Shown here piece after piece: positions 25,079 through 38,194 of a stretch of DNA of 64,000 nucleotides; position 1 is the first letter of the stretch; the number at the start of each line of letters is the position of its first letter. Below the pieces are notes generated by a model. That model searched no databases, was not told the DNA's origin, and worked only from the letters and a program-made list of their open reading frames with translations. Origin of the DNA: Monocercomonoides exilis PA203 (Eukaryota; Protista; Preaxostyla); assembly GCA_001643675.2 (NCBI GenBank), contig LSRY02000043.1, forward strand, positions 310,001 through 374,000, written 5' to 3'. The position numbers were made by a program, and so were the translations under genes.

Positions 25079-28000
25079 ATGAATGGCTTCATCATTTTAG
25101 ATGCTGAAAGTGGCATGCATCTTTATTCCCAGAGTTGGAAAGAAAACTTTGGATTTTCGGATGAAAGTGTGAATTTTTAGTTTTTGGATGTTCTTTCTGT
25201 TTAACGCAAATTAAAAATAAAGACATCAATTGCTATGGCTTATGCGCCAATCTTTACGCAATTCTCTCTTTGTCAAGCCTCATTCTACCGAAACAAAAAC
25301 TTGTATGCCATCTATCATTGAAATTATTGATTAGTCTTCTTTGAAACGACAATAAACAGAACTTTACTGGAAGCCTGTCGCATTTTTTATCTCCCGATAT
25401 AAATATTCATTTTTCTTTTTCTGAAAAGCCTCCTCTTCTTGCTGCTTTATTCACAAACCCAACAATAGGTTTTTAGTTGAAGTTTTATTTATAGATTCAA
25501 GAAGCAATTAAAAATTCTTTTTAATATAGTCTCTGAGTCCCTTGCTTTGTTTGTTGTGAATCAGATTACAGGAATGTTTTTATCGTGCTATCAAGAAGTT
25601 GATGGACAATTTTCACTTTCTCGAGGCTGGAAGAAGAAAATGAATTTGCTCATCAAAGAAACCATGGAACAAGCACTTTCACTTATTCTTAGAACAATGC
25701 ATTTATCTATTCAGGTTTGTGTGAACAGAGTTTTAATTTTTTTTAAACGTTCTGATTTTGTTCGAAATAATTTTCACGAATTCATTGATTATTTCTTGCT
25801 TGATAACTAAAATAGAGTCCTCTTGAAATGCCTTGGGTGTTTTTCTTGTACAACCGTACATTTTTTAAAACATTGAGATCTTTCTACCGTCCTGTGACTC
25901 GAACACTAAACCGCATTGCATCTCCAATCATTCACATACTGAAAACAAGCATTGTTAACACAGATGAAAAATCAGTTAAAGCAAAAGGCACAGAAACTGT
26001 ACAAGAAAGCAAGCCTGCTGATTGCCTTCAGAATGAATCTCAGCCAAAAATTGACACAAATGTTCCAGAAATGCTCTTATTCGAACACAGCGAGGCTACA
26101 TCACAAGCAGCCCCATCAAACTCATTCGATCCATTCATAGACTCATCCGCCCAGTATGATTCCTCAACTAATCAGCATCCAGAAGAGCAGCCACAACCAC
26201 AACTGCAACCTGAACCACAACAAAAGCCATTACCACATCCACAACCACAATCAGAAGCAGAAGCAGAACCAGAGCCAGAAACAGCCCAAGCGTCATCTCG
26301 CACATCTTCTTCTGCTTCAGCTCTGTCATCAGCATCATTAGCAGCAGCATCAGTAGTATCTGCGGAATCAATCAACAGCAGTTTTTCTCCTGCAGTTGCT
26401 TCTCCTCAGTCCCCTCTCTCTGTCCATTCCTGTCACTCCTCTCCTCTCTCTGCTCGCTCAACACTCTCGTCGTATTCGCTGCATTCTTCTCCTTCCTCAT
26501 CTCCTTCCCCATCTCCTTCCCCTTCTTCTTCCCCTCCTCCTTCTTTCTCCCCAACTTTATTTCCTTCTTCCTCCAATCCATTCTCCTCCTCCTCCTCTTC
26601 TTCTTCCTCTTCTTCTTCCTCCTCCTCTCTTTCCCACCCTTCCCCTTCTTTTTCGTCTTCTTCTTCTTCTTCTTCTTCCACCTCCACAAAGCCCCCACCT
26701 CCAGTAGTACTCCAGTCACTCTCTGAAAGAATGGCTGCTTTTATGTCTCTTCCCTCACGCCGTATGACTCTCCCTTTGTCTTCCTCGCCAATCTCCCCTC
26801 GCCTCGTCTCCAACAACAAATACGTGCCCAACCTGATCTTAACTTCTCCTTCTGCTTCTGCTTCTCATTCTCCTTCTGCTTCTGTGTCAGCTTCAGCTTC
26901 AGCTTCGGTTTCTCCTTCATCTTCATCATCTTCTTCTTCCAATTCTTCTTCTTCCATTTCTTCTCCATTGCCTTCCTCTTTCTCTTCAAATTCCCCAAGC
27001 ATTTCCTATTGTCCTGTTGGTGAGTCAATCACTTCCCCCTTTTTTGATCTTTCACCCAGAAATTATCTGATGGAAGCCTATCAGCCTTCTCCTTGCTCCT
27101 CCCCCATGCTTCCCCAAGCTCTTCTTCATTCGCCTTCTTCCTCTTCCTCTTCTTCCTCCTCTGCCTCTACCTCTTTTCCTTCTTCTTCTTCTTCTTCTTC
27201 TCCTTTTTTCCATTCTTCTGCCTCTTCCTCTTCCACTTCTTCTCCTTCTCTTCCGAATGCGAGAAAAACTTTATCTCCTCTCAATTTGTCATTAGCATAC
27301 ACCCCTCCTTCTTCTCTATCGCAATCACTAGATAAACCTTCTCCATCAACAATGCCTTCATTCACTGTGAATGTTGGCTCAATTGAAAACAAAGAAAGAT
27401 TTGAACGTCTGCTGGCTGAAGGAGAAGTGAATACTGCGTCTTCATCTTTTCTTTCTGCTAATGATTCTTCTGCCTCTTCTTCTTCTTCTTCTATTTCATC
27501 TTCACATTTGTCCACGCTCTCCCTCACAATCCCTTCCGATCCCTCATCTTCCGATCCATTCTCTTCCTTTTCTTCTCCTTCTTCTTCCTCTTCCTCTCCT
27601 TCTTCCTCTCCCTCTTCCTCTCCCTCCCCCTCTTCCTCTTCCTCTCAATCTTCCGTTCTTTCTTCATTCAGCACCCTTTCTCCAAATTCCCCATCTCTTT
27701 TCGCCTCCAACCCAAACATCTGCTCAATCACTTCAGACGGCATTTCAAATCACATGTCAAATAGCATTTCAAATAGCATTTCAAACAAAACATCAACTGA
27801 ACCAAATGAAAGCACCACAACCACAACTGATAATCCTCTCCCTCATTTCTCGTCTTTTCTTCAGCCTTCCTCAAACTTCGAGCTTTCTGACCCACTTCTT
27901 CCTTCTAGTTTAGTCGTAAATTCGAATGAAAAACCAAACAATTCACAAAGAAACAGACAAATAGAACAAAGAAAAGAAAGTGTGATAAATACAATGCCGA

Positions 28001-30179
28001 TGATGAAATTGCCTCCTCGTCCGCTTGTCGCTCCGGTTGCGACAGTTGCTTCTTTGACTTCTTGTTCTTCTTCTTCTTGTTCTTCTCCTTTTCCTTCTTC
28101 TGCTTCTTCTTCTCCTCTAATATCTTCATCATCTTCCGTTTCTCCTCTTTCTTCACATCCTCTCCAGCAATACACCATTCCATCTTTGCTTGTTCCTCCA
28201 CCCCCACCTCCTTCTTTTCTCTCTTCTTCTCTTCCCTCTCTCCATTCTCTTCCTCTTTCTTTTCCTTCGCCTTCTTCTTCTTCTTCTCCCACCTTCGCAA
28301 ACGGAACGCTTCTGAGAACAAGGCCAGTCACAGGAAACAGAAGACGAAACTATTCGCCTCCTTTTTTGTATCATAATACCTCTTCCTTTCAATCGCACCC
28401 TCCTTTTTCAACTTTATCTCCATTGCATAACAACAAGACAAATACTGACAGTAGTTTTCCCTCTGCTCCTTCTCTCGCATCTCCTGCTTCTCCTTTCTCA
28501 TCTCTTTCCTCCTCTTCTTCTTCCTCCTCCTCTTCTTCCTCTTCCTCCACCTCCTCATTATCTTCCTTCCCCCACCCCACCTCCCTCGACCACGACCCCT
28601 TCGACCTCACCGACCCTTCCAGCGCTGACGGCCGCCCTTCTCTTCGCAGCCGCATTCCATTGGAGATGATCAATCCGATGCTCGCTGCCTACGAAAGATC
28701 CTTCTTCATCGGCGCGCCTCAGCCCACGCCGCGCCCGCCGGTGATGCTGAGAGAGCTGATGGAGAAGAGGAGGGACGCGATTGTAGCGGTCAGGACAACC
28801 GAGGTGAGGGAGAGGGAGAGGGAGAAGGAGAAGGAGAAGGAGAAGAAAGAGAAAGAGGAAAATGTGAAGGTGAAAGAGGAAAAAGAGAAGGAGGAGAAAG
28901 AAGAGAAAGAAGAAACCAGCACAAATAAAACAACAAAAGATCGATTAACATTACAACAATCAGAAACAATTCATTCAGGTATGACAGCCACAAGTGACAA
29001 TCAACAAAACAACAGATATTCAGGAGAGGAAGAAGAGGAAGAGGAAGAGGAAGGAAAAGGAGAAGAAAGAGAAGAAGAAGAAGAAGAAGAAAGAGAAGAA
29101 GATGATGATAACAATAAAAAGGTGAATGAATATTCGTCGCCTCGAAGGATGCGAAGTCAGAGTGTGGGGGCATCAGATGCATTGGGGGAGTGGAGGCAGA
29201 TGAGTGAATGGAGATATTTTGGAAGGAAAGAAGAGGAAGAAGAGGAAGAAGAGGAAGAAGAGGAAAGAGAGAAGGAGAAGGAGAAGGAGAAGGAAGAAAA
29301 GAAAGAAGCAAATGAATGCAATGATAGAGGAAATGAAGAGAAGGAGAAGGAGGAGGAGAAGGAGAGAAGAGAAGAAGAAGAACAAGAAAAGGAAGAAGAA
29401 AAAAATCACAACGATAACTTCAAAAGAAGAAAAATTGATGCAAATAAGATGAATGAGAAGGATGATGCAGTTGTGATGGAAATACCAGAAGAAGCTGGAT
29501 TGGAATCTGGCAATGCTTCATTGTCATCAACATCATTCATAGAACTTGAATCAAATAAAAGCCAAAAACAAAACAGAAATCAAAAACATAATCACAAAGA
29601 AGAAGAAGAAGAAGAAGAAAAAGACATAAATAAAAACCTAAAAGAAGATGGAAATAACAATTGCAATGGACAACTAAGCAACAACAATAAATACGAAGAG
29701 AAATTAAACATAACATCATCAAATGCACTTTATGTGAATAACTCTTCCAATTCATTGTCTTCCACTCTGCAATCAAATTCTGCGTTTTTCAATGAATCAT
29801 CAAACACATCTTTATCTTCTTCTTCTTCTCTTCCTTCTCCTTCTCCTTCTCCTTCTCCTTCTTCGTTATTTTCCACATTATCTTCTTCTTCCTCTCCTTC
29901 TTCCTCTCTTTTTTCCTCTTCTTCTTCCTTTCCTCTCCCTCCAATTCCCCAATTCCGCACATTCCTCCGTTCTCGTCCCCGACCTTCCACACCAAGCTTT
30001 TCTAACTCTTCTTCTTCTTCCTCTTCTTCTTTATCTTGTTTATCTTCTGCTATTGAAACTCCACAAAATCACAATAACTCATCTTCAATGCTTGCATTAA
30101 ACGAAGCAATAGAAACAGAAAGAAAACAGATATTTCATTCAAATTCTGAATCTATTTCTAACCCTTCTCTTCCTTCTTC

Positions 30180-30215
<36 letters not shown>

Positions 30216-33200
30216 TCCTCCACTTTTTGTTCCTTCACAACTCCAATCACCAAAAATTCCTTCTTCCTCAACTTCTTCTTCTTCTCTTTCCATCTCCATT
30301 CATCCACTTCTTCTTCTCTTTCTCTCCCTCATCCTCAGCAATCCAATGTGGTGTTCATTTATCCAACACATTTTCATCTTTGCCATTGAAAAATGCAAAA
30401 ACGAAGAGAAAATTGGAGATAATGATAATGATAATGATAATAATAAGATAAAATTACAAAGAGAAGAAAACATAACAGAAAAACTAAGTTTTGATAATAT
30501 TTCGAACTCATTTTTGGATTCTGCATCTTCTTCTGCTGCTTTGAACATATCTTCAATTTCTTCTTTTTTGATGTCTTATGTTAATGAAATCATGCAACCA
30601 CCACCACCACCACCATCATCTTCTTCTTCCTCATATTCCTCCTCCTCCTCCTCCTCCTCCTCCTCTTTTTCTTCTTCTTCTTCTTCTTCTTCTTCTTCTT
30701 CTTCTTCTTCTCCTTCTCCTTCTCCTTCTCCTTCTCCTTCTTCTTCTTCTCCGCCTCCTCCTTTTCTATTTCTCAAATTGCTTTTCGATTCTTTTGGCTC
30801 AACATTTCTGAAGCCTTCTTTATGTAATTTTCGAAACTGCCTTTCAGAAAATGAAACTTTGAAGAATTCTTCTGATTTAAGATTGGTTGACTTAATATTT
30901 CCAAAGTCAAGAAAAAAAAGAAGAAAAGGAAGAAAAGGAAAAAGAGAAGAAGAAGAGAAGAGAAAGGCTGAGAAAAGTGAAGGTGAAGAAAAAGAAAAAG
31001 AAAAAGAAAGAGAAGAAGAAAAACAAAGAGAAGAAGAAAATCAAGAAGAAGAAGAAGAAGAAGCAACCACCTCTGATTCCGAATCCAACCTCTTCAAATC
31101 TCTCACACAACACCAAACAATGTCTGAATATACAAAAATAGACAAGTTTTCTTCTTTTCCTCTTTTCCCTTCTCCCCTCAGCACAAAAGGAGGACCTTCC
31201 ATTTTCATCTCCTTTTGGAGTCTGTTTGAAGCAGCACTGAACGAAAAAAAGAATAAAAAAACAGGAAAAAATAAGAAAGTTAATGTGAAATCAACTAAAA
31301 ACGATGCATCTATGTGCTTGCCATTATCATCATCGTCTTCTTCTTTTTCTTCTTCCTCCTCTTCGTCATCTTCTTCTTTTTCTTCTTTCTCTTCCTCTTC
31401 CCATCATCTTCACTCCCATTCCCATTCCCACTCCCGCTCTCTCACTTCAACCACCTCTGCCCTCCTTCTCGACTCTCTCCGCTTCCCTTCTTCTTCTTCT
31501 TCTTCCTCTTCCTCTTTTTCCTCCTCTTCTTCCATTTCCTCCTCTTCCTCCTCCTTTCCTCTCCCTTCCCTTCCTCTCTCTTCCCATCTTCCTCCTTCCC
31601 TTTCTCCTTCAGAATCTTCTTTTCTTCGCTTGTCACACTCAAAAACAACCTCCCAGCTTCCGACGCGTCCACGCCCTCATTCTCAACTTCAAATAAGAAC
31701 TCCTTTTTTCCCTCCTCCTCCTCCTTCGTCTTCTTCTTCTTCCTCTTCCTCTTCCTCTTCTCTTTCTTCTAATGCAACACAATGGAAAAGGACTAATAAT
31801 AATTTGTTCAGTTTAGATGATAAAGTTCCACATCCTTCTCCTCCTCTTCTTTCTGTTTCGAAGGGGAAAGAAGGAGCAGTTGGAATTAAACAAACACAAA
31901 TGAAAATGCAGATGAACGAGAAGGGAAATGAGAAGATGTTGGAAGAAAAGATACCAATGAGTAAGATTTCTTCTTCTTCTTCTTCTTCTGTTTCTTCTGC
32001 TTCATCATCGTCATCATCATCATCTTCTTCTTTGTCTTCTGCCGAGCAAAAAGAGAACCAAAAAGAAAAGCAAAAAGAAGCTAATGAAGAAATACAGACA
32101 ACTCTATTTGAACCATTTCCTTCTCTCATTCTGATGAAGACACAACCTCCTTTAAATTCTTCAGCTAATCGTTCTGAACAAGTTTCTATTTCTTCTTCTT
32201 CTTCTTTCCCTTCTTCTTCTTCTTCCCTTTCCCCTTCCTCTTCTTCTTCATCGTCATCCTTATTACCTTCCTCCTCCTCTCTTCCTCTCCATTCTTTATC
32301 TCCTTCTCTCTCTCCTTCATTTCCTATTCCTCCTCCTCCTCCTCCTCCTCCTCCAACATCAACAATACCACATTTCTTAAGCTTCTCTTTCCCTTCTTTT
32401 CATTCATTCAGAGCAAAATCAACACACATTCTGAAATCTCTTGATCTCAAAAACCAATTGCAAGATGATTACAACAAAGATAGAGAAACAGTTAATCCTG
32501 TTTTGGCATTGTCTTCTTCTACTTCTCCTCCTCCTTCTTCTCCCTCTCCTCTTCCTTCTTCTCCCTCTCCTCTTCCTTCTTCTCTTTCTCCTTCCCCTCT
32601 TCCTTCATCATCATCATCATCATCATCATCATCTTCTTCTTCTTCTTCTGTTAATGACAAGTCATTTGACATCAACATCAATCAAATTGATGCACTTTTG
32701 TCTGAACTACCTCCTGTATCTCCTTCATTAACACCTTCTTTTTGCTCATTTCCATCATCATCATCTTCTTCTTCCTCGTCTCCTTCTTCCTCATCTATTT
32801 CTTCTTCTTCCTATTCCTCCTCTTCCTCCTCTTCTTCTCTATTGCCTTCTTTCAATTCTTCCTTTTCTCATTCTCCTTCTCCTTCACATTCTCCTTCTCA
32901 TTCCTCTTCTCTTTTTAAAGTCCCTTCTGCTTCTGAAACTCTATCAGTAGATCTCAAAACACAAAACATCAACAGAAACGGAAGAAACAGCAAAAATAGC
33001 ATAAACAATGAAGAAAATAAAAAAAATAAAGAAAAAGAAGAAAAAGAGGAAAACGAAGAAGACATCGAAACAAAGTCAAATTCCAGTTTCCATTCAACTT
33101 TTCATCAGAATCAGTGCGAAGAACAACAGAAAAGCTATAATTTTCCTGCAAATTCGAAACATTCCTTCAAATTTATTCCGATTTCTCCGTCTTTTCTTTC

Positions 33201-33424
33201 TCTTTCTATTAATGGCGCTTTAAAATTGCAATCTTCTTCTTCTTCTCCTCTTTTTCCTCTTTCTCCTCTTTCTCCTCCTTCTCCTTCTACAAACTTATTT
33301 CCACACACAAATATCGTTTCATCACATTCATCACATTCATCACATTCACATTCACATTCACCCTCTCATTCACCATCACAACAGCAACATTCATTGACTC
33401 CACCATTAGCACTCACACCACACA

Positions 33425-33458
<34 letters not shown>

Positions 33459-36400
33459 TTCTTCTTCTTCTTCTTCTTCCTCTTCCTCTTCTTCTTTTTC
33501 TTCTTCTTCGACATCTGCCAGAAAAAGAAGTAGAGAATACACATCTTTTGTCTCATCTTCATATCCTTCCTCTTCGTATCCTTCCTTTTCATATTCTTCT
33601 ACCTCTCTTCTTCAGTCTCCTAACTTTCAATCAAATATTTCTCCTTCTCCTTCTCCTTCTCCTTCTCCTTCTCATTCTCATTCTTCTTCTTCCTCCTCTT
33701 CTTCTTTGCCTTCCTCGTCTGTTAAGCCTGCTTTCTCCTCACATCTTCCGTTTTCACGTTCATTTCCTTCTCCTCCTACTCCTCCTCAATCTTCTTTTTC
33801 TTCTTCTCCTACTCCTCCTCCATCTTCTTTTTCTTCTTTTTCTTCTTCTTCTTCTTCTTCCTTCTCTTCCTCCTCTTCCTCTTTCTCCTCTTCCTCTTCT
33901 TTATTTCATCATCTTCCTCTTTCTCTTCACTCACCCTCACTTTCACACATTCACCATCACCTTCACCAACACCAACAACATCATTTTCATCCTTCTTCTC
34001 TGCAGTTAGTTATGTTCCATCCAATGGAATGCTTCTCTTCCTTCGAAATTTCTCAATTTTCGCCTTTTTCCTCTTCTTTCTGCTTTTCTTTCAGCAAATT
34101 CGCAGCAGAAGGAACACCTTCTGTAAAGTTTTCTGTTCTTGTTGATATGAAAAAAGTAAATCTTTTTGCATTTTCTTCACTTTCTTCTTCCTCTTCCTCT
34201 TCCTCTTCTTCTTCAACTTCTTCTTCTTCCTCTTCTTCTTCTCTTTCTTCTTCTCTTTCTCCTTTAATCACACGAAACGACTCAACTTCTCCTTTTCTCT
34301 TTCACAGCAATTCCTTGGCACCAGTCGAATCAGATTCATTTATTCAACCTTCTTCTTCATCTTCTTCTTCATCTTCCTTTTCTCCTCCTCCTCCTTCTTC
34401 TTCATCTATTTCTTCTTCCTCTTCTTCTTCCCTCTCTTCCACACTTCCAGCTATTCGCCCTGAATCTACATCTTTCCCTCATTTTGATCGTTCTCATCTT
34501 ACTCCTTCTCTTCGCTCATCATCATCATCATCATCATCTTCTTCTTCTTCTTCTTCCTCTTTCTCTTCCTCCTCCTCCTCCTCCTCCTCCTCCTCTGACT
34601 CCCTCATCACCATCAGCAAAACCCCTCCTCCTCTTCCCTCTCGCTCTTCCTCTCCTCTTTCCTTCACTGCCTCTCTCATCACCCCTTCTCCTTCTCTCTC
34701 TCGCTTCGGCTCTTCTTCTCGCAATTTCCATTCATTTCTACCGCAACTCAACCAAACACAACTGCAATCTTCTCCGTTTGCTCCGAATTCTTTGTTTCGC
34801 TCTTCTTCTTCAATTTCATTATCACCTTTTTCTTCTTCATCTTCTTCTTCTCTTCTTCCTCTTCCATCTTCTCCCTTTGCCTCCGTCAGAGCCTCAGCCA
34901 GTGGGATAACCCTTTCCTCTTCTGTTCGCCCAGCTCACTTTCTGTTTGGAAGCTCCGACGGCTCCTCTTTCTATTCATTTGAGAAGAACGAAGAAAAAAT
35001 TGCTGATAGAATTTCAACTTCTTCTTCTTCTTCTTCTTCTTTCTCCTCTTCTTCCTTTGGAAAGAAGATAATTCCGAATTATTCACAAATATCTTCTTCC
35101 TCTTCTTTTTCTTCCTCTTCTTCTTCAAAACGCTTTTCTCATTTGTTCCGTTCGCAATCTGTTGGAAGAATGGAAAGAAGGCGCAACAAAAAGGATGAGC
35201 TGTCTTTTCACCCTCCTTCTGCTTCTTCTTCATCCTCCTCTTCCTCTTTCTCTTCCTCTTCCTCTTCCTCTTCCTTCTCCTCTTCTTCTTCATCTTCTTC
35301 CTCTTCTCCTTTTTCTCATTCTCCTTCTTTTTCTATTTTAAGGTCACCTTCTTTCAAATCCTTCGAGACAACTCCACGAAGCAGACCAACTCCTCGTTTC
35401 ATTCGCTTTTCTTCTTCTTCTTCCTCCTCTTCCTCTTCTTCTTCCTCTTCTTCTTCCATATCTCCTTCTCTTCCTCCTCCTCCTCCTTCTCTTCCTTCTT
35501 CTTTCTCCTCTTTCTCCTCTTTCTCTCTGTCTTCTTCTTCAACTTCTCATTTGCCCACACAAAGATATTTCGATTCCAAACAAGAATTCGACAATTTCAA
35601 TGGAAGAAGAATGAACGTTAGCACACCAAATTTACTTGATTTTAGCATACAACAAGAAGAAGGCAATAGATCGTTACATTTACAAGAAGCAGCAAATGAA
35701 GAAGAAGAAGCAAAAGAAGAAGAGAAAGAAGAAAAGAAAGAAGAAGAAGAAGAAGAAATCAACAACATTATCACATTAGATATAGATTTACTTCCACTCA
35801 ATGAATCCAATGAAGAATTCTCCATCTCCGAAGAGAGCGACAAAGGGAATAAACCACAATTTCTCCGAAATCAAGCATCTCATTCAGAAAATTTCTCCGA
35901 AGCAACAAGAAGCCGGAGAAATTCAATAGATAGAAATGTATCGACGTTTGAGGTTAACCCACGGAGGCAGCGTTCGCCTTCAATTGATGTGAAAGAGGAG
36001 AATGAAATGAATGAAGAGAAAATGAGTGAGAAAATGAAAGGAAAAGTGAAAGAAGGAGAAAAAGGAAGAGAAGGAGAAGGAGAAGGAGAAGGAGAAGGAG
36101 AAGGAGAAGGAGAAGGAGAAGGAGAAGGAGAAGGAGAAGGAGAAGGAGAAAAGAATAGAACACAAATGTCTGTTTTGAACCCTTCTTTTGCCTCTGCGCT
36201 GAATGAAAGTGAAGCAACAGAGTCAGTTTTGGAGATCATTAAAATCTCAACTGCACTTTTGAACTTAGTTTCTGATGAAGATGTTAGTTTTGTGAAGGGA
36301 AAAGGGAATTATCAGAGGAAGGAGAAGGAGAATGAAGAGAAGGTTGTTAAAGGAAACAAAAAAGAGAACAATAAAGAGAAAAACAAAGAAGAAGATAATG

Positions 36401-37737
36401 AAAATGAAAATGAAAATGAAAATGATAAAGATAATGACAATGATAATGCTAAAGATCATTATAATGATGACAAGAACATTAATAATTTGAATGATAAGCT
36501 GTTGTATGGCTCAGATAAATTCACATCGTGTGAACTTGTGTATATATCGCCTTATATTCACAATGCGTATATTCCAAAGGAAATAAAAGAGGAAGATGAG
36601 AAAGAAGAAGAAAGAGAAAGAGAAAGAGAAAGAGAAAGAGAAAGAGGAGAAGGAGAAGAGAAAAAGAAAAACAAGAAAGAAAAAGAGAAGAAGAAAGAGA
36701 AGAAGAAAGAGAAAGAGAAAGAGAAAATGATAAAGAAGAGCAAAACACAATCAGAGGAGAAGATTAACACACTCCATTTTGAGAGAATCTTTCTGAAGAG
36801 CTTCAATTCTTTTCTTCCTTCTTCTTCTTCTTCTTCTTCCACTCCAACTTCTTTGATATCAATATTTCCTGTCATTACAATTGTGCCTCTTCCTTATTCA
36901 TTCATGTCTCTATTGTCTTCTCTTTATTCTTCTCTTCCTTCTTCTTCCTCTATTTCTTCCTCTTCTTCTTCCTCTTCCTCCTCTTCCTCTTCTTCTTCAT
37001 CATTTTTTCCCTCCTCTTCTTCTAATATATTCAATTATCCCCTCTCTTCATACTTCCAATGTACTTGTCCTCCTCTTTTCAAGTCCAAAAGGCAAAAATC
37101 AAAGAAATGCCTGCAAATTAATCGGATAACAATGGAATTAGATTCAAAATTTGCGAAAGAAGAAGAGAAGGAAGAAGAAGAAGAAGAAGAAGAAGAAGAA
37201 AGTGAGAAAGAAGAGAAAGAACAAGGAGACAAAGAGGAAGAAAGAAAAGGTTATTTATTCAATGGATGTGTTGATAGAAGAAATAACGATAACTTACCTT
37301 CAGAGGGGCAAATGAACAATGAAGCAGTTTGCATGAATGATTGCTTAAGAGAAAGAGAGAAGTTGAAGATGAAGCATGATGAGCAATTCCCTTCTCTTCA
37401 ATCAACAGCATCTACACATCCTCTTCCTTCGAATGCTTCATCATCATCTTCATCATTTTCTTCTTCTTCTTCTTCCTCTCCCTCTCCCTCTTCACTCTCT
37501 CCCTCTCCCTCTCCCTCCTTCTCCCACAACCCCCCCTCTTCCCATCCTTTCCCTTGTCTCTTCTGTCTCCTCTCAAAATACATAAATGAATATCTCCATC
37601 TGCAGAGGCAGGCTCGCAGCAGCTATTTAATAGACAGCTGCCCTTTTATTGGTGCAATTAACTCGTTTGGCCATCATTTTGAGCTTATTGACGATTTGCT
37701 GTCTGTTTTATCTTCCCTTTCTACTGCGAGAAAGTGA
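25079..37737 (+). CDS. Giant (~4,130 aa) low-complexity protein with an N-terminal longin-like domain
   Basis: Exons 25079-25166, 25223-25302, 25360-25468, 25530-25714, 25816-37737 splice in frame (GT-AG). The N-terminus MNGFIILDAESGMHLYSQSW..YGLCANLYAILSLS..SLSHFLS..INIHFSFS..LLAALFTN..SLALFVVNQITGMF fits a beta-beta-alpha-beta-beta-beta-alpha order. The last exon is an 11.9-kb stop-free ORF. Confidence 0.7.
36070..36147 (+). repeat. (GAAGGA)13 perfect hexamer repeat encoding poly-(EG)
   Basis: Read directly from the sequence. Confidence 0.9.
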
Positions 37738-38194
37738 TATTCAAATTTAAAAAAGAAAAGAAAAGAAAAGAAAAAAAATAAATAATTTATTAATGGTTTT
37801 TAATTTCGAATATATAACTTTTTATACACATATTATTTTCATTCACACAATTCTTTTTGCAATAAGTCTTGTTGCTATTTTTAATGCAATGAATTATTTT
37901 GAAGATATTTCCATCATTTTCGATGAAGATGTTGATCCAACGCCAATTCTTAATTAGCAACATCTTTTTATTTTTTTCATCAAAATTTAATACACTATTT
38001 TGTTCCATCATTTGATAGCACTCACGTTATTCTTTATTTTTTTCGTCTCTTTTTGTTATGAGTTAATTTTATTTATTTATAGAATAATTTCATTATACTT
38101 TTTGGTATTTTTTATAAGAATTGAAAGAAAGTGCATTGATCATACTTTCCATAAAGGGCTGATAAAGCGGTTATGAAAGATTCTTTTATCTAAA

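Noticed and set aside
26168-37583. Dozens of alternative-frame and antisense ORFs (poly-L, poly-F, poly-K/R, poly-E) over the long genes
   Set aside because: They are shadow ORFs: (TCT)n/(GAA)n tracts contain no stop codons in any frame.
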